Positions 20,717 through 28,686 of a stretch of DNA of 64,000 bases are shown in pieces. The DNA lies in NCBI GenBank assembly GCA_051252135.1, contig JBPOGH010000008.1, forward strand, positions 160,001 through 224,000. Direction: 5' to 3'. The first letter of the stretch is position 1. Each line of letters begins with the position of its first letter. The notes beneath the pieces are model-generated. The model worked only from the letters and a program-made list of their open reading frames with translations, did not search any database and was not told the origin of the DNA. Position numbers and translations under genes: made by a program. Origin of the DNA: Verrucomicrobiaceae bacterium. Lineage in GTDB: Bacteria; Verrucomicrobiota; Verrucomicrobiia; Verrucomicrobiales; Akkermansiaceae.

Positions 20717-22575
20717 CTCCCCTCGTATTTTCGAAGGTAAATCACCAGCAGACTCATATCAGCCGGAGTGATGCCGCTAATTCGTGAGGCCTGGCCTAGA
20801 GTCCGCGGTCGCACTGAAGTGAATTTTTGACGGGCCTCGTTCTTCATTCCCTTAATGATGGAGTAGTCGAGGTCGGCCGGGATCAGCGCAGATTCTTGCT
20901 TCTGCATCCGTTCCACCTCCATTCGCTGGCGGTCAATGTGGCCTTCATACTTGAAATCGGATTCAAGAATGGGCCAAAGTTCCACGTGGAACTTGGCAAG
21001 GATGGTTTCAGGAAGCTGGTCCCAGGAATTCCCCCCTCGTCGGAACCAATGGTCCAACTTAATTCCCTCATGGCTGGTCGCCCGGATCATGCCCCGCGCT
21101 TCATCCAGCTGGGAAAGCTTATCAGCAAACAAGGTCGCCTTTCTTCCGGAGATCAAGCCAAGCTTCGATGCCACAGGAGTGAGTCGCTCATCGGCGTTAT
21201 CCTGTCGGAGAAGGAGTCGATATTCGGCACGGCTGGTGAACATGCGGTAAGGTTCGGTGCAGCCTTTGGTGACCAGGTCATCGATCATGACCCCAAGATA
21301 GGCCTCCTCCCGCCCCAAAATGAGTGGATCGTTGCCAGCCACTTTGAGGGCGGCGTTGGCTCCAGCCAGGAGGCCCTGTCCGGCGGCTTCCTCGTAACCG
21401 GAGGTGCCATTGATCTGACCCGCGAAATAGAGCCCCTCGACCCGCTGGGTTTCGAGGGTGGGATGAAGCTGGGTGGGCGGGCAGTAGTCGTATTCCACGG
21501 CATACCCGGGGCGGATCATCTCGCAACTCTCCAAGCCTTCGATGCTCCGAAGAAAATCCAGCTGAACATCGTACGGTAAGGAGGTGGAGACCCCGTTGAC
21601 ATAGTATTCCAAGGTGTGGCGGCCCTCAGGTTCCAGGAAGACCTGGTGGCGTTCCTTTTCGGCAAACTTGACCACCTTGTCTTCAATGGAAGGACAATAC
21701 CGTGGTCCAACGCCTTCAATTTTACCCGAATACATGGGTGATTGGTGGATGTTATCCCGGATGACATCGTGGGTTCCGGGGTTTGTCCAGGTCATCCAGC
21801 AAGGCACCTGTTCCACGTGGAACTTCTCATCCTTCCAACTATTCAAGGTAAAGAGATCATCTCGTTCCTTCTCCATGAGCTGGGGAAAGTAACTAAACAA
21901 GGGAAGGGGAGTGTCGCCGTCCTGACGCTCACATTTCGAGAAATCGATGCTTCGACCATTGAGTCGGCAGGGGGTGCCGGTCTTGAAACGCTCGATCTCG
22001 AAGCCCAGTTCCTTCAGCGATGCGGACACGGTCGAAGTGGCATCACCCATACGCCCCCCCTTTTCGTTCTTCATTCCGACATGCATCAGTCCGCGCATGA
22101 AGGTTCCCGCGGAAAGGATGACCGACTTCGCTGCGATCTCCATCTGCAAAGAGGTTTGAACCCCCTGAACCCGGTCATTCTTTACCAGAATGGTGGCGAC
22201 ATTTCCCTGGTGGAGGTCCACTCCGGGAGCGCCCTCGAGGACGCGTTTCATCCGAAACTGGTAGGCTTTCTTATCGCATTGCGCGCGGGGTGCCCGGACC
22301 GAGGGTCCTTTTGCGGCATTCAGCATGCGCCATTGGATGGCGGTGGCGTCGGTATTCTCCGCCATGATGCCACCCAGCGCATCGATCTCGCGCACCATGT
22401 GCCCCTTCGCCAACCCTCCGATCGCCGGGTTGCAACTCATCTGGCCAATGGTGTCGAGATTCTGGGTGAGGACGGCCACGCTGGCACCGAGGCGGGCAGC
22501 GGCGAGGGCAGCTTCAACTCCGGCATGGCCGGCGCCGATGACGAGGACGTCGTAATGTTTTGGGTAGCGATACAT
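20713..22575 (-). CDS. mnmG: tRNA U34 modification enzyme MnmG (GidA)
   Basis: [44 protein letters not shown]. Confidence 0.98.
   Translation of the reverse strand: MYRYPKHYDVLVIGAGHAGVEAALAAARLGASVAVLTQNLDTIGQMSCNPAIGGLAKGHMVREIDALGGIMAENTDATAIQWRMLNAAKGPSVRAPRAQCDKKAYQFRMKRVLEGAPGVDLHQGNVATILVKNDRVQGVQTSLQMEIAAKSVILSAGTFMRGLMHVGMKNEKGGRMGDATSTVSASLKELGFEIERFKTGTPCRLNGRSIDFSKCERQDGDTPLPLFSYFPQLMEKERDDLFTLNSWKDEKFHVEQVPCWMTWTNPGTHDVIRDNIHQSPMYSGKIEGVGPRYCPSIEDKVVKFAEKERHQVFLEPEGRHTLEYYVNGVSTSLPYDVQLDFLRSIEGLESCEMIRPGYAVEYDYCPPTQLHPTLETQRVEGLYFAGQINGTSGYEEAAGQGLLAGANAALKVAGNDPLILGREEAYLGVMIDDLVTKGCTEPYRMFTSRAEYRLLLRQDNADERLTPVASKLGLISGRKATLFADKLSQLDEARGMIRATSHEGIKLDHWFRRGGNSWDQLPETILAKFHVELWPILESDFKYEGHIDRQRMEVERMQKQESALIPADLDYSIIKGMKNEARQKFTSVRPRTLGQASRISGITPADMSLLVIYLRKYEGS
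20978..20993. other. parS centromere-like site 1, inside mnmG
   Basis: AGTTCCACGTGGAACT, within an 18-bp perfect palindrome; matches the widespread parS consensus TGTTNCACGTGNAACA. Confidence 0.8.
21809..21824. other. parS centromere-like site 2, inside mnmG
   Basis: TGTTCCACGTGGAACT. Confidence 0.8.
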
Positions 22576-22954
22576 CGAGGGGAGGGGACTCTAATCGAGT
22601 GATTCGGGAATGACAAGAAGGGTGAGCGGGCCCTCATTTCACTCTTCTTCGACTCAAAAAGGGCCGATTTGGCTAAAAACAGCCCTCAAACTCCCTCCGG
22701 AGGGATTCGGAGCAAAAAGGGCCGATTTTACCCTCTTTTCTGGAATCCCCGTAACTCACTCCAAAAGAATCCTTTTTCTCAAAATGACCCTCAATTTAAG
22801 GCCCTGAGAATCGCTTCTACAAAACAGCCCTGTCCCAGTGGACAGGCTGGAGAAATACCAAAACCGCAATTTTCACGCCGGGCAAACCGAACTCCTCCGG
22901 AGCTATTTTTCTCGTACGAGATTTTTCGTACGTCGTCAAAACCGGGCAATCCGT

Positions 22955-22995
22955 AAAATACAACAGCGGTTCATCCAAAGGACGAACCGCTGCTG
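22955..22995 (-). terminator. Probable intrinsic terminator
   Basis: Minus strand CAGCAGCGGTTCGTCC-TTT-GGATGAACCGCTGTTG followed by TATTTT; 16-bp stem with G-U pairs. Confidence 0.65.
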
Positions 22996-23072
22996 AGCAC
23001 ACACGCAACAACAAACTATGTTGTATTACACTGATAGTAACGTTCGAGCGTCACCGATTTGTTCAAAAAAGT

Positions 23073-23432
23073 TCAATTCCCTACCGGAGGGCTGTCAGTC
23101 AGGTCGACCGGATCACTTTTGGGTGCCATGGCCTCGGCGGCCTTGGCACGAGCTTTCGCTCCGGCATCTTTTCCAGCGGCCGCTCCTTTTGCCAATCCGT
23201 CACGGACCGACTGGGGGACAAACTCGTTGGCAAAGGCTCCGGCGAAAACGGTTCCGTAGGCGACCCCGTAGGCCAAATCGTGGAAGGCTTCGGCAAAGGC
23301 CGATTTCACGGTGGGGGCGGCCTCCTTGGCTTTCGCCGCACCGGCGGAACTGCCGGCCTTAAAGGCATCGGAAATATTTTCAAAGTGCTCCCTGGCCTGT
23401 TCTTCAGGGCTTTTTGGATGATCGTCGTTCAT
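23073..23432 (-). CDS. Hypothetical Ala-rich protein
   Basis: 119-aa ORF with plausible composition; terminator downstream. Confidence 0.7.
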   Translation of the reverse strand: MNDDHPKSPEEQAREHFENISDAFKAGSSAGAAKAKEAAPTVKSAFAEAFHDLAYGVAYGTVFAGAFANEFVPQSVRDGLAKGAAAGKDAGAKARAKAAEAMAPKSDPVDLTDSPPVGN

Positions 23433-23596
23433 AATTTTAGGTCTTGGTTCACTTCATTAGACCACATTTTGGAGGAAACATTCATTATAATCCAAATCCG
23501 CGTTTGGAATGGCTGCCCGAAAAGTTTCTTTGAATGAATTCCGATTTCACTTCGTCGCACCCAACAGCACCCGGAAACCCAAAACAAAATAGAACG

Positions 23597-23992
23597 ATGA
23601 AAAAAATACTCGCACTCATCCTCGGGCTTACTGCCGGAGGTCTTACCCTTCCCACCACCGCCGAAGCGGGTTCCCTCCGTATTGGCCACGCCACCATTTC
23701 GGTGAGCGGACACCATTCCTGCGGATGTGCCATCCAGACGAAGCGCGTCTTTGTGGGATACGACTGCTACCGCCGTCCGGTCTATCGCTACTACAGTGTT
23801 CCCACGGTGCACCGTTGCAGCAGCCACCGTCAGCCAAGTCACTACAGCCATCGGAGTCATTCGACCCACAGTTCCTACTACGGAAACCAGCGCAACCCGT
23901 ATCTCCGGAGCGGATCGCACTATCGTGGAAGTCGCTACTATCAGCAGCCCTCCTGCAACAGCCGCAGCCAATACAGCGGTCGCCGGAGATAG
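23597..23992 (+). CDS. Secreted His/Arg/Tyr/Ser-rich protein
   Basis: Signal peptide MKKILALILG...AEA; terminator downstream. Confidence 0.75.
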   Translation: MKKILALILGLTAGGLTLPTTAEAGSLRIGHATISVSGHHSCGCAIQTKRVFVGYDCYRRPVYRYYSVPTVHRCSSHRQPSHYSHRSHSTHSSYYGNQRNPYLRSGSHYRGSRYYQQPSCNSRSQYSGRRR

Positions 23993-24017
23993 ATCGCCTC
24001 CACCATAGCGGTAATAG

Positions 24018-24047
24018 GAGTCTACCTACGGGTAGACTCTTTTTTTT
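24018..24047 (+). terminator. Intrinsic terminator
   Basis: GAGTCTACC-TACG-GGTAGACTC followed by a T run. Confidence 0.85.
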
Positions 24048-24085
24048 CGGACGGACACCACCCCCCAAACATGCTAGCTCAGATC

Positions 24086-25093
24086 ATGATTCGAATCACC
24101 CTCCTCGCCTGCATTCTGACGGGCATTGCCACGGCCGCACCCCGGGCGAACGATGAGATTCTTTCCCGCCTGCAAACCCACCTCGAAGAGGGGAGCGCCA
24201 TCGACCCTGTGGTCGAGAGCCTGGAATCGCTTTCCAACAACGAACTTCTTTCCCTGCTCAAGGAATACGACAAGACGTGGCCACGGCTTCGCGACAAATA
24301 CCTTTCCACCTACGAGGAGAAGGCTGAGGACAAGTATTCCGGGAGCGCCCGGAACGAGATGAAGAAAATGATCGAGGGTTACCGCAAGGATTTCTTCCGG
24401 GTGCGTGACATGCCGGAGGGTCCGATGAAAGCAGAGATCCCCAAGGTATCCAAACCGGCCATCGAAGGACTGCGCAAACTTCTCCAGCCCAAGCCCGAAG
24501 AACTTCTGTCCACCGCGGGCCCCGAGATTCAGAAAATGCGCTCGATGGTTCTCACGCTCGCCAGCTTTCGCGACGCCATCGTGGAATCAGCAGTCATCCC
24601 TGATGCCGAAGAGGCAGTGAAATTCATCACCGAACAGGAGAAAACGATCGCCGCCACCTTGGGAGGTTTGGATCGTGATGGACTGAAGGTGATGAAAAAG
24701 AACGACGCCATCGCGGCCAAAGTGAAACTTCCAGCAGACGAACGGGAGGGGGTTCGCGAGGTCAACGAATGGCGCATGTTACTGGGCCTCAGTGCATTGG
24801 AGATCGACCCCAAGCTCTGTGACGCCAGCCGGGGGCATTCCGAGGACATGAACAAACTGAATTTCTTTGATCACATGTCACCGGTGCCCGGGAAGCGCAC
24901 GCCCGGCGATCGCGCGTCCGCAGAGGGGACCGGATGGTCCGGCGAAAACATCTACATGGGCAACGCCGCTCCCAAAGCGGCGAACAAGGGATGGTTCTAC
25001 TCGCCCGGTCACCACAAAAACATGTTCCGTGCGGGGCACAAAAAGATCGGGATGGGGCGCTACGAAAAGCACTGGACCCAGATGTTTGGGTAG
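24086..25093 (+). CDS. Exported CAP/SCP domain protein
   Basis: HSEDM, FFDH, GENIY, WFYSPGHHKNM, WTQMFG; alternative start at 24071. Confidence 0.88.
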   Translation: MIRITLLACILTGIATAAPRANDEILSRLQTHLEEGSAIDPVVESLESLSNNELLSLLKEYDKTWPRLRDKYLSTYEEKAEDKYSGSARNEMKKMIEGYRKDFFRVRDMPEGPMKAEIPKVSKPAIEGLRKLLQPKPEELLSTAGPEIQKMRSMVLTLASFRDAIVESAVIPDAEEAVKFITEQEKTIAATLGGLDRDGLKVMKKNDAIAAKVKLPADEREGVREVNEWRMLLGLSALEIDPKLCDASRGHSEDMNKLNFFDHMSPVPGKRTPGDRASAEGTGWSGENIYMGNAAPKAANKGWFYSPGHHKNMFRAGHKKIGMGRYEKHWTQMFG

Positions 25094-25096
25094 GGG

Positions 25097-25370
25097 CTAC
25101 CGGATGGAACAGGTGTCCTCGCACTTCCGGCCGAAGAGCCGGTTGGGCGGCTTCCTCCAGGAGGCGTAAAGACGGTAGAGGGGATTGATCATTTTACGAA
25201 AGATTTCGTACTTCATCGGGAAGACGAGAAAGCCAAACCCGACCTCTTCGAAGGCATGGTAAACAGTTGCGGGCCCCTCGGTGAAGGTGCCGCTCCTTCC
25301 GGTCGAAGAAGCGGATCACCTTGATCTCCCTTTTGCAGAAGAGGCACGCTCCGTCGAAGTAAAGTGTCAT
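25097..25370 (-). pseudogene. DCC1-like (DUF393) thiol-disulfide oxidoreductase with internal deletion and frameshift
   Basis: Manual translation gives MTLYFDGACLFCKREI (DxxCxxC) in one frame, and the typical C-terminal part ...LYRLYASWR...CEDTCSIR* in another frame. Junction near 25291. Confidence 0.75.
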
Positions 25371-25391
25371 GAAGGGTTATCGGTCAGTGGA

Positions 25392-25754
25392 TTACCAGAA
25401 CCCGCTGTCCTCACGAGCCGCGACAGTTTGGACCCGGTGTTCGGCCATGCGGCGAATGAGGTCCTCGGGAATAGGGTCCCGGTAGGGGATTTGGAGGCTC
25501 CCCTGGGTGGTCTTAAAATCCTGAAGTTCGTCACGAAATACCTCCAGGGCCCCGGCATTGGGGGTGAAGTTGAGATGAGCCTTGTGGGCGGAGAAGGCGA
25601 ACAGAAAACGGGGTTCGATGAAGAAGGGGGTGTTCCATTTCATGACCTGTTCGGCGTCCGGAGCAACGCCGGTGAGAATCGCGAGGAGTTGCCGGAGGTG
25701 GGCCTGACCTTCTTCGGGCGCGTCCTGAATGTATTCTTCGATGGTGGAGGACAT
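25392..25754 (-). CDS. DUF1801/YdhG-like (iron chaperone-like) protein
   Basis: MSSTIEEYI...MKWNTPFF...FSAHKAH; the 3' part of the long ORF 25392..26726. Confidence 0.82.
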   Translation of the reverse strand: MSSTIEEYIQDAPEEGQAHLRQLLAILTGVAPDAEQVMKWNTPFFIEPRFLFAFSAHKAHLNFTPNAGALEVFRDELQDFKTTQGSLQIPYRDPIPEDLIRRMAEHRVQTVAAREDSGFW

Positions 25755-25773
25755 GGGAAGGATGGGTAAATTC

Positions 25774-26811
25774 CTAACGTTCCAGCGGGCGGGGGCCGTT
25801 GCGGTCGAGGATGCCGCGGAGGCGGAGGTCGGGGCCGATTTGGGTGAGGGTGGTGTTTTTGAGGGACTGCCGTTCTTCGAGGTTCGCGGCGCCTTCGCCA
25901 CCGATGGCGGGGGTGGGGCCGCCGGTGACGAGGGGGGCGTAGTAGATGACAAATTCATCGATGAGGCCTTCGTCGAGAAAGGACCCCATGAGGTTGCCGC
26001 CGGACTCGAGGAGGACGGTGTTGATTCCATCGTCAGCCAATGTACGAAGAACTTCCGAGATGGGAAGGTTCTGAAAGAGGCGGGTGGGGTGGTCGTCGTG
26101 GAAGATTTGGTAGGCCGATTGATCGATCTCCGATCGGGTGAGGATGACGCGGAGGGGCTGTTTCTTGCGCGGGGAAATGGCGGGGCTGCGGAGGGTGAGG
26201 GACGGGTTATCGCGGCGGACGGTTTCGCCGGAGGTGATGATGGCGTCGACCTCGGCGCGGAGGAGTTGGACGTCCTCGCGGGCTTCGGGGCCGGTAAGCC
26301 ATTGGCCTTCGCCGGGAGGGCGGGTGATTTTGCCATCGAGAGACATGGCGGTTTTGGCGATGACCCAGGGGCGGTTTTGGGTTTGGACCATGGCGAAGCC
26401 GCGGATGAGGTGGTGGCATTCTTCTTCGAGGAGGCCGGAGGAGACGTCGATCCCGGCGGCGCGGAGGACGTCATCGGCCCGGCCGACGTGGTGCGGGTTG
26501 GGGTCGGGGATGGCGTAGACGACGCGGGTGATGCCGGCGGTGATGAGGGCATCGGTGCACGCTCCGGTATTTCCGTGACTGCTGCAGGGTTCGAGGGTGA
26601 CGTAGGCGGTGGCGCCCTTGGCATCATCAACCTTTGAGAGGGCGTCGCGTTCGGCGTGGTTGGTGCCGGCTTGTTGGTGCCAGCCGCGAGCGAGTTCCCG
26701 ACCATCGCGCACCAAGACACAGCCAACCGCCGGGTTGGGCGAGGTGAGACCGATGCCTTGCTTTGCCTCCTCGAGGGCGAGGGTCATCCAATGGAGGTCG
26801 TCGGTGCTCAT
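25774..26811 (-). CDS. ribD: Bifunctional riboflavin deaminase/reductase RibD
   Basis: PNPAVG, HAE, TLEPC, AMSLDG, DNPSL, LESGG. Confidence 0.95.
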   Translation of the reverse strand: MSTDDLHWMTLALEEAKQGIGLTSPNPAVGCVLVRDGRELARGWHQQAGTNHAERDALSKVDDAKGATAYVTLEPCSSHGNTGACTDALITAGITRVVYAIPDPNPHHVGRADDVLRAAGIDVSSGLLEEECHHLIRGFAMVQTQNRPWVIAKTAMSLDGKITRPPGEGQWLTGPEAREDVQLLRAEVDAIITSGETVRRDNPSLTLRSPAISPRKKQPLRVILTRSEIDQSAYQIFHDDHPTRLFQNLPISEVLRTLADDGINTVLLESGGNLMGSFLDEGLIDEFVIYYAPLVTGGPTPAIGGEGAANLEERQSLKNTTLTQIGPDLRLRGILDRNGPRPLER

Positions 26812-26851
26812 TTGGTGAAAAAGGCGGGTCGGTTAGCTGAAGGTGCGATCG

Positions 26852-27238
26852 CTACTTCCGCTTCGGGTGTTTTATATATCTGACTCCCGGCAGGCCTTCT
26901 AAATCTGCATCCTGGGTGAATAAGTCTGCACGGTGTCTGATCGCGGTGGTGTAAATGATGCCGTCAGCAAGTGGCAGGCGATGCCGATGACTTAATTCAG
27001 CGGCTAAAACCGACAATTGATCATCAAGCGCCACGACTTTGCCCTGCTTCATAGCTGTCACCGCTGCGAGAGCGTCAGACTCGGTTGCTTCTCTGAGCAT
27101 CCAACGATAAACCTCGGTCAAGGTGATCGAAGGAACAAGGAGCTCCGCCGTATTTTGGATTGCAGCAGCAAAGTGGTCGGCATTTTCCCCGCCTGTGAAA
27201 TATTCGATCCAGCCTGAAGAATCGACTATGGCAGGCAT
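26852..27238 (-). CDS. vapC: VapC (PIN domain) toxin
   Basis: IVDSSGWIEY, LADGII, TQDAD. Confidence 0.9.
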   Translation of the reverse strand: MPAIVDSSGWIEYFTGGENADHFAAAIQNTAELLVPSITLTEVYRWMLREATESDALAAVTAMKQGKVVALDDQLSVLAAELSHRHRLPLADGIIYTTAIRHRADLFTQDADLEGLPGVRYIKHPKRK

Positions 27239-27438
27239 CGGTCTTCCTCCCTTTCAAAGGTATTTTTCACTCCTTTTAGGAAGCCCTTGAGAGCACTCGC
27301 AGGGCGGATGGGGACCAGTTCAATTCTGCCATCCAGTTCAATGACTTCAATCTTGTCACCTGGCGAGAGGGCGTAGTGATCCCTGACAGCCTTGGGAATG
27401 ACCACCTGATATTTGGGAGATATTGTGACCGCTGACAT
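27226..27438 (-). CDS. vapB: AbrB/MazE-type antitoxin
   Basis: ISPKYQVVIPKAVR; overlaps the vapC start. Confidence 0.9.
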   Translation of the reverse strand: MSAVTISPKYQVVIPKAVRDHYALSPGDKIEVIELDGRIELVPIRPASALKGFLKGVKNTFEREEDRCLP

Positions 27439-27504
27439 ATCGATGAGCCCAAGGTATTACGATACCCTTATCGATGCAAACTGTTTTCCGTCACCCTTTC
27501 CTCA

Positions 27505-27642
27505 TGGGAACGTTTAGGAGCTGGCGACCCATACCGCATGGTGCCGAACAAGTTCCGATTGCCAGAAACTATCCGCCGAATCTCTCGACTCAATCTCAAC
27601 TTTCAGCGCGGTATGTGGTCGCTAAGCTTCCGCTTGTTCTAC
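27505..27642 (-). mobile_element. attC-like integron recombination site, 138 bp
   Basis: R'' GTAGAAC overlaps the stop codon. Arms GGAAGCTTAGCGACCACATACCGC and GCGGTATGGGTCGCCAGCTCC pair with 3 unpaired bases on the left arm. R' GTTCCCA follows a 5-nt spacer. Confidence 0.8.
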
Positions 27643-28067
27643 CTCTTTTTATATTCGGCGTAATAGTTATCTTTCCCACTGATGGTGTAGCGCAAAATCA
27701 GTCGCCCTAGCCGCCGCTTGCACGAGAGATGCTGCGATTGAAACTCCACTGCCCAAATGCCACTTGGTGTCATCGAGGGGTCTGTAAGATCCCATGTGCC
27801 ATCAATATCGATCAACTGATATGGCGACCGCTGAGGAAAATTCAAAGCAGACAAGCTTCCATCCTCACGAATCGAAATTCTGCTTATTAGATCCTCAATT
27901 TTTCCGTTCATTTGACGAACAAAACCACGGGGTAAATCCGCGCACTCCCATTCGCCAATAATCTCGCTCCTTTCTGGCTCAGATCCGACCGGCCAACTGC
28001 CAAAAAATAAAAGCGCGACGATGAGTAGCGCGAACGCAATCGAACCGAGCGCGATCAATCTCTTCAT
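27639..28067 (-). CDS. Hypothetical exported or membrane-anchored protein (gene cassette ORF)
   Basis: 142-aa ORF, lower GC than neighbours, flanked by core site GTTCTAC and the attC. Confidence 0.8.
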   Translation of the reverse strand: MKRLIALGSIAFALLIVALLFFGSWPVGSEPERSEIIGEWECADLPRGFVRQMNGKIEDLISRISIREDGSLSALNFPQRSPYQLIDIDGTWDLTDPSMTPSGIWAVEFQSQHLSCKRRLGRLILRYTISGKDNYYAEYKKR

Positions 28068-28072
28068 TTCTG

Positions 28073-28095
28073 GTAGAACAGTTTTATTAGTTCAC
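28073..28095 (-). mobile_element. Cassette 5' junction / attI-like site
   Basis: Minus strand ...GAACTAATAAAACTG|TTCTAC, 5 nt before the ATG. GTTCTAC is the exact complement of the cassette R''. Confidence 0.6.
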
Positions 28096-28560
28096 TGGAA
28101 TCCTGATCTACCTACTCGTTTGGAAAAGGAAAAAAGGACGGGGGATCAACGTCGCTTCTTTGAATCAATGGGTTACAGATTCTGTTAATTGTTACTGAAT
28201 GAAAAGATATCGAGACCTTCTTTAGTTCTTTGGGAGTCTGGTATTCGGTCGTCGGTTTACTTAGAATCTTAAATACGAGGTTATTCCTTGAATCTTAGAG
28301 GTTTAGGGGTTTTCGGGGCTTTAGGGATGCGGAGCAAGTCTGTGAATAGGTGGGTAGGAAATGGGTCGAAGTTTCCCAATTCCCAACGATGTGCTCATTG
28401 CCGGTCGTTCTTACCATTCGGTTTCGCAGGTTATTCGTCCGGTGGAACACCGGTAGTGACGGGGTGGAACAGGGATTTGGGCGAGTTATTCTTCCCTAGA
28501 AGAAGAAGAAGATAGTTTAAATGACCCTCTCATCACCTCTGGGAGATGGGAACAAGGGGT

Positions 28561-28658
28561 GAACGTTGAACAGTGAACGTCCAACTCTGAAGGTTGAAAT
28601 GCTTGGGGGAGGGGGATGAAATTTGAAATTTGAACACGAACAGTGAGATTTGAACGAC
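28561..28658. repeat. Degenerate heptamer tandem repeats (GAANNNT-like), two blocks
   Basis: GAACGTT GAACAGT GAACGTC CAACTCT GAAGGTT GAAATGC, then GAAATTT GAAATTT GAACAC GAACAGT GAGATTT GAACGAC. Confidence 0.7.
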
Positions 28659-28686
28659 TTGGTTGGGGGGGGCCTGGTTGAGGGGG

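Noticed and set aside
25755..26726. N-terminal 323 aa of ORF 25392..26726
   Set aside because: Alternate frame of ribD; only the last 120 aa from the ATG at 25754 look like a real protein.
28288..28515. 75-aa ORF as a possible intI remnant
   Set aside because: No tyrosine recombinase motifs, TTG start and atypical composition.
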